From NCBI GenBank assembly GCA_965204345.1, contig OZ241981.1, positions 736,001 through 800,000 of the forward strand: a stretch of DNA of 64,000 bases, written 5' to 3'. Shown here one piece after another: positions 48,483 to 58,355 of this stretch; the first letter of the stretch is position 1, and each line of letters opens with the position of its first letter. Source of the stretch: Nitrosopumilus sp. GTDB lineage: Archaea > Thermoproteota > Nitrososphaeria > Nitrososphaerales > Nitrosopumilaceae. Below the pieces are notes generated by a model. That model did no database searches. It had not been told where the DNA came from and saw only the letters and a program-made list of their open reading frames with translations. The position numbers and the translations under genes are program-made.

Positions 48483-49301
48483 TTACGTGCCAATCTGAAT
48501 GCCATCTGAGCAGTATTTTTTCAAAGTTTGTATTGCAGATAAAATTGCCAATCGGCTTGTTTTGGGGTTATTGGCATCAGGCAGGTTTTCAATATTAAAG
48601 GTCATTCTTCCAAACTTTCCCCGGGCCTCTATATGGTGAATATTTTTGTCAGTGCTGGGATCAGCGACAATTTTTACAGCAGTTTTATCACTGCCGATTC
48701 CAGACAAAGACAGTAATGCGGCAACGTTGATGTTGGCAGGGAATAAGGATACGGCTTCCTTTGCAGTACCCTCATAGATTGTTGTTGGTTTGGCAATAGA
48801 ATCCAGATCAATGTCAAAAGTTTCAAAAAATGTTGCACCTTTCAAAGAATTAGGGTGCTTGGTAGTGGTAATAGATACTGATTCTAACTCGTCTTTTACG
48901 GATTTCAAGCCATCTAAACCGGCAATTGCGCCAGATGGAAGATATATTGTTTTTCTGAAATGACTGCATGCATCATGCAAAATATCATAAATGGATTCAT
49001 CAAGTAATGCACCAACACTCATAATCATAAGATCTTTTTTGTTTTGTAAGATGCTCAAAGACACGTCCCTTACGGCATCTTGTGATGCGGCTTCGACAAC
49101 AATGTCAACAGGATTTGAGGATAGCAGATGAGAATTGGCAGTAATTTCAGGTTTGTGTGTTAGCTTGCTGACCAACAACTCTGATTTTTCTTTGGATTCA
49201 TCAAAAACGTGTGTGAGGGTTGCAGGTATTTGACCAGAGTCAATTGCAATGGCAATCTGAGTTCCCATAACACCACATCCCAACAAACCTATGCGTTTCA
49301 A
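48483..49301 (-). CDS. nadX: L-aspartate dehydrogenase
   Basis: GCGVMG, 'PSGAIAGLD', 'FPANINVAA', 'NPKTS'. Confidence 0.94.
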   Translation of the reverse strand: MKRIGLLGCGVMGTQIAIAIDSGQIPATLTHVFDESKEKSELLVSKLTHKPEITANSHLLSSNPVDIVVEAASQDAVRDVSLSILQNKKDLMIMSVGALLDESIYDILHDACSHFRKTIYLPSGAIAGLDGLKSVKDELESVSITTTKHPNSLKGATFFETFDIDLDSIAKPTTIYEGTAKEAVSLFPANINVAALLSLSGIGSDKTAVKIVADPSTDKNIHHIEARGKFGRMTFNIENLPDANNPKTSRLAILSAIQTLKKYCSDGIQIGT

Positions 49302-49423
49302 GCGACTATTCTAGAAATTATCACTTAATTAATCTAAAAGAAAGAGATGATAGAGCCAGTGGATCAGTTTTGTCAAGATTCAGCATAACCTAAAGATTTT
49401 ATTCAAATCTACAAAGTATTGGT

Positions 49424-50260
49424 GTGCTCAATACAGTATACAAAGATGCAATTCTCAACAGAGACAAGATGCTCTCAATCCTAAGGGGGCCAAAATTTGA
49501 CCAGATTTTGCAAAAAGCACGGGATAACTGGGTTGAATTTACGCCTACAAAAGAGAAAGTAGTCACAGCAGGAATAGACAGTAGTTTTAACAGCACTAAA
49601 TTTCAGGGAGTTGAGTTATGGGCAACAACTGCTGTATCAATAAAATCAGACGGAGAAATCATAGTTGATCTGCACAGATCAGGACTAAATGCCACAGAGG
49701 ACATTTCAAGTGTTGCAAGCAAGATGGAGATTGAAGCTTGTCAGAAAACAGTGGATGAGGTAGACATGGTGTTAATGGATGGTTCTTTGCATTCTCAACT
49801 AATGACAAGACAGGCAAACTTAGGATCTGCAATTGTAAGAATAATGAAAAAGAGAAACAATGTCGTCTTTGTTGCAAAGACATCAAACACAAAAAAACAA
49901 TTTGAAAACTTGGGTTCTCTTGCAGGAGATATCTTCTATTACAATCACGTCACAAATAATCCAGGATTTAGCAGGATTTTTGTAGAAAAAAAATATGGTT
50001 CTGATAAAATAATCTCATCCACATTTGTAAGACTAAGTAACTCAACTCCAATGATCAAGCTGGAGTTTTTGGGAGATGGCCATGATGAATCTGAGATCAA
50101 GTCAACTATGAACAAATTATACAAGACCAGCATTGGAGGATATCCATATGCGCTAAAGCTTGCGCATAAGAACTGTAAAATATCTGATAAAGAACTTGCA
50201 AAGATGGTCAGTCTGCTAGGATTAAGCAATGAAATAGGATCACGGGAGGTACTGGGTTGA
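49424..50260 (+). CDS. nurA: NurA nuclease
   Basis: 'GIDSS', 'LMDGSL', 'GYPYALKLAH'; operon context. Confidence 0.92.
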   Translation: MLNTVYKDAILNRDKMLSILRGPKFDQILQKARDNWVEFTPTKEKVVTAGIDSSFNSTKFQGVELWATTAVSIKSDGEIIVDLHRSGLNATEDISSVASKMEIEACQKTVDEVDMVLMDGSLHSQLMTRQANLGSAIVRIMKKRNNVVFVAKTSNTKKQFENLGSLAGDIFYYNHVTNNPGFSRIFVEKKYGSDKIISSTFVRLSNSTPMIKLEFLGDGHDESEIKSTMNKLYKTSIGGYPYALKLAHKNCKISDKELAKMVSLLGLSNEIGSREVLG

Positions 50261-51789
50261 GCTTAGGTTTTGTAATAGGTGAATCAAAACCGGCATTAGT
50301 GACAGCAATAACATCAAGGGCATTATCAGTAGGGGAATATATCAAGATTAATTCAGATGAGGGGGAAATACTAGGATTGGTGGAAAGATCCTCAGTATCT
50401 AGTGCGGCATTTACAGATGTGAAGAATTTTGATGAGGCATCAGAAAGTACAGAAATTGCAGAATTAAACAAGAGGGATAAAACATTCACTGCAAACATTG
50501 GGATTTTGGGATTTTTAGAAAATCTAAGAAGAGGACAGTCAATCATACCGGCAATTCCGCCAATTCCAGGCACAGAGATCACGCTGCCAAGTAAAGATGA
50601 TTTGGATGAAATCTTCAGTCCAAGAAAAGAAGGATGGGTGGGCATTGGAAATCTTTTACGAAATAAATCCATTGATGCCAAAGTGAATTTAGATAAAATA
50701 GTTTCAAGACATTTGGGTATTTTGGCAATGACAGGAATGGGTAAAAGTAATTTGGTGTCACTAGTTACAAAACAAATTTCAAAATTAAAAGGTACGGTGA
50801 TAATTTTTGACTATCACAATGACTATACAAGTTTGAGTATTCCACGTATCAATGTAATTGATGCAAAAATTAATCCGAGATTATTAGATGCAGACCAACT
50901 CTCAGAGGTATTGGAAATAAGGGACGGGGCAAATGTACAGCAGCGTGTTTTAAGAATGGCATTTACAAAGCAGGTAAAAGAATCAAAGGAATTTTGGAAT
51001 AAATTGGAAAGTGAGGTAGACTATATTATAAATTCAGACGACAAAAAATTAAAAGAAATTAGGACATCAGCATACAGAGTTCTAGACATCATAAAAGAGG
51101 GGCAAAGAAGATTTGAGGACATATTAGATCCGGACATTGGAGACCCGATTAGTTTCATTAAAGAGGGCAGGACAAACATCCTAGACATATCAGAGCTATC
51201 AGAAAAACAGGCAAATGTAGCAGTTGCATTTTATTTACAACAGCTACTCAAAGACAGAAAAGATGCAAGTACAGCACGGCATGGAAAAACAAAGAGGGAC
51301 AGGAATTTCAGATTCAATTCTCCAATATTTGTGATCATTGAAGAGGCTCATGTATTCATTCCAAAGGATCATGACACTAGCGCAAAATATTGGGCTGCAA
51401 AAATTGCAAGGGAAGGCAGGAAATTCGGTTTGGGTTTGGGAATAGTATCACAAAGACCACGCAGTGTAGACCTTAATGTACTCAGCCAAATGGGCTCATT
51501 TGCAATTATGAAAATAATACAAGAAGACGACCAGAGACAGATAGCCTCAGCTACAGAGTCAACCAGCCGTGAACTAATTTCCCAGCTAACGTCACTGAAC
51601 ATAGGTGATGCAGTACTAGTCGGACAATGGACAAACCTCCCTTCACTGGTTCATGTTGAAGAGGTAAAAGAAAAGATCATGGGAGGGGACCAAAGCGCAG
51701 TGGATGCATGGGCAAAAGCAGACAAAATGAAAGATGTTGCAGTAGAATCAACGCAAGGATTAGTACAAAAAGATTTGTTGTTAGACTAA
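50257..51789 (+). CDS. herA: HerA helicase/translocase
   Basis: 'HLGILAMTGMGKS', 'IEEAH', 'REGRKFG', 'SQRP'. Confidence 0.95.
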   Translation: MSLGFVIGESKPALVTAITSRALSVGEYIKINSDEGEILGLVERSSVSSAAFTDVKNFDEASESTEIAELNKRDKTFTANIGILGFLENLRRGQSIIPAIPPIPGTEITLPSKDDLDEIFSPRKEGWVGIGNLLRNKSIDAKVNLDKIVSRHLGILAMTGMGKSNLVSLVTKQISKLKGTVIIFDYHNDYTSLSIPRINVIDAKINPRLLDADQLSEVLEIRDGANVQQRVLRMAFTKQVKESKEFWNKLESEVDYIINSDDKKLKEIRTSAYRVLDIIKEGQRRFEDILDPDIGDPISFIKEGRTNILDISELSEKQANVAVAFYLQQLLKDRKDASTARHGKTKRDRNFRFNSPIFVIIEEAHVFIPKDHDTSAKYWAAKIAREGRKFGLGLGIVSQRPRSVDLNVLSQMGSFAIMKIIQEDDQRQIASATESTSRELISQLTSLNIGDAVLVGQWTNLPSLVHVEEVKEKIMGGDQSAVDAWAKADKMKDVAVESTQGLVQKDLLLD

Positions 51790-52931
51790 TGTTATTTTCA
51801 CATATTTCAGACATGCATTTGGGACTGGTTCAATACGGTTCAGAGGAACGGACCCAGGATGTCTATGAGGTATTTAACCAGTCAATTGACACGTCAATAA
51901 AGGATCATGTAGATTTTGTAATTTTTGCAGGAGATATGTTTCATGTTCCAAATCCAGACGGAAGCGCAGTTATTCAAATGGCCAATGCGCTAAAGAGACT
52001 AAAACAGAACAGTATTGATTCGTTTTTTATTTTAGGCGAACATGACATTAGCAGAATCAGGACAACGCCAATACCATATGTATATCATAATTTAGGATTC
52101 TCAAAATACATTGGTCAGGGAAGGCCAATAGAGTACAAGGGAATAATCTTAGCGGGGTTTGATAAAATTAGAAAGGCAGAGATTCCACAGTATGAAGAAA
52201 AATTTGCTGCAATAGACAAATCCATTCAAAATCATTCAGGACACAAAATTTTGGTTTTACATCAGGGAATTACAGAATTTAACAAATTTGCAGCAGAAAT
52301 ACAGTCAACTGACTTGCCAAAAAACTTTACATATTATGCAATGGGGCATCTTCACGATAAAGATGTCAGACAGTTTAATCATCTTGATGGGCCGGTTGCA
52401 TATCCAGGATCAATAGAATTAACAAATAATGAAGTGATAAAGGAAACCAAAAAAGGATTCTTCGAGGTAGATATTTCAGGAAAAGATGCAATTCCAAACT
52501 GGATTGAACTAGATGCAAGGCCTCAAATTTCATTTAAAACAGAATATCAAGAACTGTCAAAAACAATCGACAAAATCGCTGAAAAAATAACAGGCTGCAA
52601 AAAACAGCCGGTAGTAGAAATAAGAATTCATGGAGAAAACATAGAAACAGATCACATACAGGCACAGATTGCAAGGCTAAATTCATTGGCTTTAAGATGT
52701 TTTTGGAGAGTAGCTACAAAACAGATTTCTGATTCATCAGTATTTCTAGATAGGCCAAATGTGATAGATGATGAAATGTATAGACTGTCAACTGAAATCC
52801 TAGGTTCGGAACAAACGGCAAAATTTGCAATCAAAGAGTTGCTTCCAGTCTTAGCATCAAAGGAAATTAACGAAGCAACACAGATGGTTTTTGAAAATTT
52901 TGAGGAATTCAAAAGGGAGAAAGAATCATGA
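51789..52931 (+). CDS. mre11: Mre11 nuclease
   Basis: DMHLG, GDMF, GEHD, GHLH, YPGS; ATG overlaps the herA stop. Confidence 0.95.
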   Translation: MLFSHISDMHLGLVQYGSEERTQDVYEVFNQSIDTSIKDHVDFVIFAGDMFHVPNPDGSAVIQMANALKRLKQNSIDSFFILGEHDISRIRTTPIPYVYHNLGFSKYIGQGRPIEYKGIILAGFDKIRKAEIPQYEEKFAAIDKSIQNHSGHKILVLHQGITEFNKFAAEIQSTDLPKNFTYYAMGHLHDKDVRQFNHLDGPVAYPGSIELTNNEVIKETKKGFFEVDISGKDAIPNWIELDARPQISFKTEYQELSKTIDKIAEKITGCKKQPVVEIRIHGENIETDHIQAQIARLNSLALRCFWRVATKQISDSSVFLDRPNVIDDEMYRLSTEILGSEQTAKFAIKELLPVLASKEINEATQMVFENFEEFKREKES

Positions 52932-54988
52932 TTACATCTATTGAGTTGGTAGATTTTTTATCTCATACAAATACAAAATTAGAGTTTGAAAATGGGGTTA
53001 CAGTATTTGTGGGCGAAAACGGTGCAGGAAAATCAAGCATTATTGATGCAATCACATTTGCACTATTTGGCCAGCACACAAGAAGAACAAATAAAGGATT
53101 GGTTAAGCGAGGTTCAAACCAAGGATTTGCCAGAATAAATTTTGCAGTTAACAACAAACAGTTTGAGGCAGTTAGGAAAATAGATAGCAAAGGAACACTT
53201 GCAGCAAAGCTTACAGAGATTATAGAAAATGAACGGACAGAAATTGCAGCAGGGGAAAGAAGGCAGTTTGGAGAATCAATGACGCACAAGGTTGAAGAAA
53301 TAATTGGCTTGGATTTTGAAAAATTAAAAATTGCCTCCATTGTCCAGCAAGGAGAGCTAAATGCAATCATCAATGCCAAACCCAAAGAATTCAAAGAATT
53401 GCTAAATGCGATAATTGGAATTGACAAGCTAGACATAGCATCAGAGGCAATGAAAACAGTCAACAGAGAATTTCGTGAAAAGATAAGAGAACAGACAGGC
53501 CATGACGATACACATATTGAAGTTTTAAGCAGGGATTTAGAAAAGTATCAAAAGGAAATTACAGAATCAAAACCACAAAAAGAGGAATTACAAGCTAGAA
53601 AAACAACGCTACAAGAAAAAATACAAGAACTAGGAAAAAAAATAGAAACAGAAACGCCAAAAATTGATAAAATTAGCCAGTTAGAATCCAGAAAGAAAGA
53701 GCTTCAAGCATATGCAAAAGAAGCAATATCAAAAGTCCAGCAAGAGATTAAGGAAAATGAGCATAAAATTCGTGACTGCAAGGATTGCTTTGATGCGGTA
53801 CTATTAAAGGAAGATTTGGAATCCAAGATGAAAAAAACAGAAGAGGCAGTCAGCGATACAGCAAGAGAAATACAGGAGAAAACAAATCAGGTAACATCAT
53901 TAAAAGAGAAATTATCACTTGCATCTAAATTACAATTAAAGAATAACAGATGTCCAGTCTGTGATTCGTATGTTGACAAACTAAATCCGCTATTTCAAGA
54001 AGAACACATACGGCAAGAAATTCTCAAATTACAAAATGAAATTACATCAAAAGAAAAGGAAAGAGCAGTATATGAACAAAAAAGGAAGGAATTTTCTGAA
54101 AAATTACAGAAATCACGGAATGCAGAAACGACACTGAGAGCTTATTCAATAAAAAATAAGGAAGAACTGATTGAAATTCAAAAAAACATAGGAATAAAAA
54201 AAGAAAAGATATCACTAACAGTAAACGGAAGCTTAAATGAAATAGCAACCATAGATTCACATGCAAGTATGATTTTTGAAAATATTTCAAGATTAGAAAC
54301 AGAAACTGAGGGATTTGATGAACGGGAATTTGCCAGCCTTAGAAGAGAAGCTAATGAAAAACAACTTAGTTTGTCCCAAATAGATCAAGAAATGGGGGCA
54401 ATTTCAGAAAAAATTGCCAAAGGCGAAAAAGAAATAGATGCAATTGCAAAAACAATTGATGAATTAAAAACTGTAAAAGACTATGTGAAAAACCTTAACG
54501 AAATTCAAACAAATATTTTCAGCAGGGATGGTCCGGTAGCAACCAGCCTTAGATCATGGGCACTAAACACAATCTCGGCAAAAGCTTCTGAACACCTCAG
54601 ATCACTGAATACAAAAATTCAGAGGATTCTACTATCAGAAAAAGCAAGGGATATCTCAATAACATGCTACTCAAAAAAAGAAGATTTGGAGTTAGAGTCA
54701 CTTAGTGGGGGAGAAAAGGTTAGTGTGGCACTAGCATTGCGATTAGGCATGGCTAGCCTATTGGGAGCAGCATCAAATCTTAACTTGATGATTTTAGATG
54801 AACCTACGGCACACCTAGATACAGAAAGAAAAAAATCCCTGGTTGGAGTATTGTCTCAATTAAATTCAAATACAAGAATGCAGTTTTTGATTATTACACA
54901 TGATGAAGAAATACTTGAAGATTCTACAGTAGAACAAATTTATAAATTTGAAACATCTGAAGAAGGAAGTAACGTCATAGCGCTCTAG
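52928..54988 (+). CDS. rad50: Rad50 ATPase
   Basis: GENGAGKS, Zn hook CPVC, LSGGE, LDEPT. Confidence 0.96.
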   Translation: MITSIELVDFLSHTNTKLEFENGVTVFVGENGAGKSSIIDAITFALFGQHTRRTNKGLVKRGSNQGFARINFAVNNKQFEAVRKIDSKGTLAAKLTEIIENERTEIAAGERRQFGESMTHKVEEIIGLDFEKLKIASIVQQGELNAIINAKPKEFKELLNAIIGIDKLDIASEAMKTVNREFREKIREQTGHDDTHIEVLSRDLEKYQKEITESKPQKEELQARKTTLQEKIQELGKKIETETPKIDKISQLESRKKELQAYAKEAISKVQQEIKENEHKIRDCKDCFDAVLLKEDLESKMKKTEEAVSDTAREIQEKTNQVTSLKEKLSLASKLQLKNNRCPVCDSYVDKLNPLFQEEHIRQEILKLQNEITSKEKERAVYEQKRKEFSEKLQKSRNAETTLRAYSIKNKEELIEIQKNIGIKKEKISLTVNGSLNEIATIDSHASMIFENISRLETETEGFDEREFASLRREANEKQLSLSQIDQEMGAISEKIAKGEKEIDAIAKTIDELKTVKDYVKNLNEIQTNIFSRDGPVATSLRSWALNTISAKASEHLRSLNTKIQRILLSEKARDISITCYSKKEDLELESLSGGEKVSVALALRLGMASLLGAASNLNLMILDEPTAHLDTERKKSLVGVLSQLNSNTRMQFLIITHDEEILEDSTVEQIYKFETSEEGSNVIAL

Positions 54989-55626
54989 CTAACATTAACA
55001 ATGCCGGTCATCCAAGGATGAACCACACAGTAATAATCAAAAGATCCTGTGTCATTGAATGCAATTTCAAATGTTTCACCTGCTAGAAGTAGGCCCGAAT
55101 CAAAGATGCCATCACCACGATTCTCAGCAGTACCACTAGTTACGGTATGAGCTGCAGAATCATTATTATCCCAAGATACAGTTGCTCCAGCTGCTACATT
55201 AATTTTATAAGGCAAATAACATTCATTGGTATCTTCACATCCTAGAACAGCACTACCTGCAGGAATAGAAACATTTGTAGATAACGATGGTGATTCAGAT
55301 TCTGTTCCTAAAACAGCACATTCGCCTGAATGATTTAATTTAACACCAGCGGCATTTAACAGACATTCATTGTGATAGGTCTTACCATCAACACCGCACA
55401 TGGGATCCAATTTCAGGAAACGAACCTGCTCATCGACTCTCATCCCCATGTCACGATGATCGAATTTTTCCCAACATTGCCGGTCAGAGGCAGAAGATTT
55501 TTCGTCAGACATCATTGTTCTTGATTCAATAATATGATCAGGATCCATTGAAATGAACCCTATGGAAATTGCGGCAAGAACTCCAACTATGGCTATTATT
55601 CCATAAGAAAAATTCACATCATCCAC
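54985..55626 (-). CDS. Membrane-anchored Kazal-like plus plastocyanin-type cupredoxin
   Basis: N-terminal TM; 'PMCGVDGKTYHNEC...HSGEC'; Cu ligands H(TV)...CVVHPWM. Confidence 0.88.
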   Translation of the reverse strand: MDDVNFSYGIIAIVGVLAAISIGFISMDPDHIIESRTMMSDEKSSASDRQCWEKFDHRDMGMRVDEQVRFLKLDPMCGVDGKTYHNECLLNAAGVKLNHSGECAVLGTESESPSLSTNVSIPAGSAVLGCEDTNECYLPYKINVAAGATVSWDNNDSAAHTVTSGTAENRGDGIFDSGLLLAGETFEIAFNDTGSFDYYCVVHPWMTGIVNVS

Positions 55627-56107
55627 CCGTTAATTTTGCAAACTTTTCATTCTTGCTCAGCTTTTCCATAAACTCAATGTTGGATAGTGCAACAACAGCA
55701 GATTCGACGACTGGTTTTTCAGGATCGTTTAATGCCTGTTCTAAAGCATGTTTTGCTTCTTTAGAACCTACGACTCCTAAAGCGATTGCAGCCTCATGGC
55801 GCACAAACATACTGGAATCATTAAGAGTAGCATCAACTAAAGGAGGAATGGCGCTAGAATAAGACATCTGGCCTAATGAAAAGGCAGCCTCATGGCGCAC
55901 CAGTTCATTCTCATCATTTTTTAAAACTTTGGAAATATGCGAAATTTTATCCTCTCCACCAAAATCAACCAAAATGCAGGTAGCTCTTGTTCTAACAACA
56001 TAATCAGGATGTTCTAAAAGAGAGACAAAGTATTCAGTGTCATGCTGTTCATACCTGGATTCCATCTCAGCAAAAAGTGCCAATCTATCATCAGTTACTG
56101 CTTGCAT
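55619..56107 (-). CDS. HEAT/PBS-lyase repeat protein
   Basis: Repeated 'VRHEAA..LG'. Confidence 0.88.
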   Translation of the reverse strand: MQAVTDDRLALFAEMESRYEQHDTEYFVSLLEHPDYVVRTRATCILVDFGGEDKISHISKVLKNDENELVRHEAAFSLGQMSYSSAIPPLVDATLNDSSMFVRHEAAIALGVVGSKEAKHALEQALNDPEKPVVESAVVALSNIEFMEKLSKNEKFAKLTGG

Positions 56108-56376
56108 TTTGCTTTGAACCTTTTTGCGTCCTATATTAGGTTACTCAAATCAAAGTTAATGATAAGAGTATTTTTGCATCAGTTAATTTGTTGATTTTTT
56201 TAGCATTTAAAACTGAACCATTCAACATCAAAAAAACAGCAACATACAAGAGAAATAGATGTAAGCTAAAAAAAAAGAACGGGATCAAGTAGGCACACAA
56301 TAGGGAAAAAGCAGATCAGATATCATCATAAGCATATTCAGTATGTATTTAATAGAAAAAATTCAAGAATTTGTTA

Positions 56377-57042
56377 ATGAGTATAGCAATAGGTGAAAAA
56401 ACACCAAATTTTGGGGTTTCCGAATGGGTTCAAGGAGCTCCTACAAACTTTGATCAAGAAAAGGATCACATAGTCTTGCTAGAAGTATTTCAAGTAAATT
56501 GTCCAGGGTGTTTTATGCATGCAATTCCAGAAGCAATTGAGATCTATAACAAGTACAAGGATGAGGGAGTCAGAGTTTTGGGACTAGCTACTGCTTTTGA
56601 AGATTTTGACAAAAATACATTGGAGAATTTGAAAATGCTTGCAGAAACAGGCGAAGTGATAGGGGAAACAAGGGATGCGCTTTTGGCATACGGCCAACTG
56701 CAGGAAGGAAACAGACTATCCTTTAAAATTCCATTTCCATTAGGAATGGATAATCTTATGAAAACATCAGGAGAAATAAGCCAAGAGAAAATCATGGAGT
56801 TCATATATCCACAAGTTCCAGAATTTGACTCGCAACCAGAAGAATACAAAAATCAGATAATTGAAAAAGTAAAGGGATACATGAAGTCAAAAGAATATTC
56901 AGCTGAAACATTTGAAAAATTTTCGCTAAGAGGTACTCCTTCAACCATACTAGTCGACAGAAAAGGAATTCTCAGGGATGTATCATTTGGACAGACAGGC
57001 AATATGGATGGCATGATTCAAAAATTAATCAATGAACGATAA
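56377..57042 (+). CDS. Thioredoxin-like (TlpA/redoxin) protein
   Basis: 'FQVNCPGC', 'GTPSTILVDRKG'. Confidence 0.88.
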   Translation: MSIAIGEKTPNFGVSEWVQGAPTNFDQEKDHIVLLEVFQVNCPGCFMHAIPEAIEIYNKYKDEGVRVLGLATAFEDFDKNTLENLKMLAETGEVIGETRDALLAYGQLQEGNRLSFKIPFPLGMDNLMKTSGEISQEKIMEFIYPQVPEFDSQPEEYKNQIIEKVKGYMKSKEYSAETFEKFSLRGTPSTILVDRKGILRDVSFGQTGNMDGMIQKLINER

Positions 57043-57043
57043 A

Positions 57044-57124
57044 TCATCTAATCAACACAAGGAATAAAGAAAGCAACACTACAACTGCAAACCCACTGAT
57101 TAAAGCAATTTTTGCATTATCCAT
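57044..57124 (-). CDS. 26-aa single-TM microprotein
   Basis: MDNAKIALISGFAVVVLLSLFLVLIR*; ATG 3 nt after the upstream stop. Confidence 0.6.
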   Translation of the reverse strand: MDNAKIALISGFAVVVLLSLFLVLIR

Positions 57125-57127
57125 AAA

Positions 57128-57682
57128 TCATTTTCTTCTCTTTATTTTCATTACAAGAAATACTACAACAATAACAATAAGAACGCCAATCACAATTAAC
57201 AAGTATGATGGATTATCAGAATCTGTTTCGTCTTGTAATGACTGTGGTTTTTGCTCCATTGGATTTTCTTTATCATCAGAATCAACAAGAGAACTAGTTC
57301 CAAAAATTTCAAGAGAATTATCTCCAGAACCAGTAAAATTCAAGGTTACAAAAGAGATGGTTTGAGTAGTACGAGTGATTGGCATGTATTTTTCACCGTT
57401 TAGATAAAATGTCAGGTTACCTCCTAAAAGATTTTGAGGCAGAACAAGGTCGCCTAAATTATTTTCCAAACTGCTAGAAATGAAAAGTGTTAGTCTCTTT
57501 TCATCATTACTAAAGTCAAAATCAGAAACATGAAAATTAGATACTAATTTTACTTCAAAATTATGTCCGCCGGATTGAACATCCAATCTATTTACAAATC
57601 CAGTAGAATCAGATAATGGCTGACCATATACAGGAATTGCAACGACAAACAATAAAATACAGGCTAGAAAAAACGCTTTCAA
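57128..57682 (-). CDS. Exported protein with C-terminal TM anchor
   Basis: Signal peptide; domain seen in thaumarchaeal surface proteins ('LVLPQNLLGG'); TM followed by KRRK. Confidence 0.8.
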   Translation of the reverse strand: MKAFFLACILLFVVAIPVYGQPLSDSTGFVNRLDVQSGGHNFEVKLVSNFHVSDFDFSNDEKRLTLFISSSLENNLGDLVLPQNLLGGNLTFYLNGEKYMPITRTTQTISFVTLNFTGSGDNSLEIFGTSSLVDSDDKENPMEQKPQSLQDETDSDNPSYLLIVIGVLIVIVVVFLVMKIKRRK

Positions 57683-57683
57683 T

Positions 57684-58139
57684 TTACGCAGTACTAGAAA
57701 TTCTTTTGTTTAGTTCTTTATCTTGAGCAATTCTAGGATGATCGGGATCGGCCAGAATAACTTCAAACCAGTAATGCTTTCCGTCTTTGTATACAAAATA
57801 AGAGCCTAAAAGTTTCATGTTAGGGTATCTCTGCAAAACTCTTCTATTGGCAACAGTCTTCATATTATCATCAGCCTTGATTCGTGTAACACCAAGATGT
57901 TTTGGTCTTCTACCGCCAGTGGGCCTTTGTTTTCTCATACCACCAGTACCTACTCTCATTCTAACAATAATAATTCCTTGTTTAGCCTTATACCCTAATC
58001 TTCTAGCTCGCTGCAATCTACTAGGCTTGTCAATACGAGTAACTGCATTTTGTTTGCGCCATCCAACTATACGTTCACGTATTTCAGGAGAATTTTCTTT
58101 CCAAAGTCTAATCCACGTTTGATCCTGATAAGTAGGCAT
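57684..58139 (-). CDS. rpl15e: 50S ribosomal protein eL15
   Basis: 'RARRLGYKAKQG', 'GRRPK', 'WFEVILADP.HP'; start MPTY at 58139. Confidence 0.96.
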   Translation of the reverse strand: MPTYQDQTWIRLWKENSPEIRERIVGWRKQNAVTRIDKPSRLQRARRLGYKAKQGIIIVRMRVGTGGMRKQRPTGGRRPKHLGVTRIKADDNMKTVANRRVLQRYPNMKLLGSYFVYKDGKHYWFEVILADPDHPRIAQDKELNKRISSTA

Positions 58140-58215
58140 ATTCGTGAGTAGAAAATCCCCTTTAATAACTGTAAATCGAGAAGCAAACCTGAGCAACGCT
58201 AATGAATAAAAATTT

Positions 58216-58267
58216 CCTTGAGCGAGGTCACAGTCCATACACTCAAAGATTTGTTTCCGCAGAAAAC
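58216..58267 (-). ncRNA. Possible hairpin RNA element upstream of rpl15e
   Basis: CUUUGAGUG/CGCUCAAGG 9-bp stem and GUUUUC/GGAAAC stem; G-U pairs form only on the minus strand. Confidence 0.35.
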
Positions 58268-58355
58268 CCTATAAATCAAGCAGACTCCAGTTATTAAAAA
58301 AGATTTCTCAGTAGCAATTTGAGATTTTTATTAAGCATGACAAATTTAAGAAAAG

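Noticed and set aside
49424-54988. HerA/NurA as an anti-phage system
   Set aside because: Canonical archaeal nurA-herA-mre11-rad50 repair operon
58151-58307. RNase P or SRP RNA
   Set aside because: Too short and lacks the GAGGAAAGUCC core or the SRP helix-8 motif
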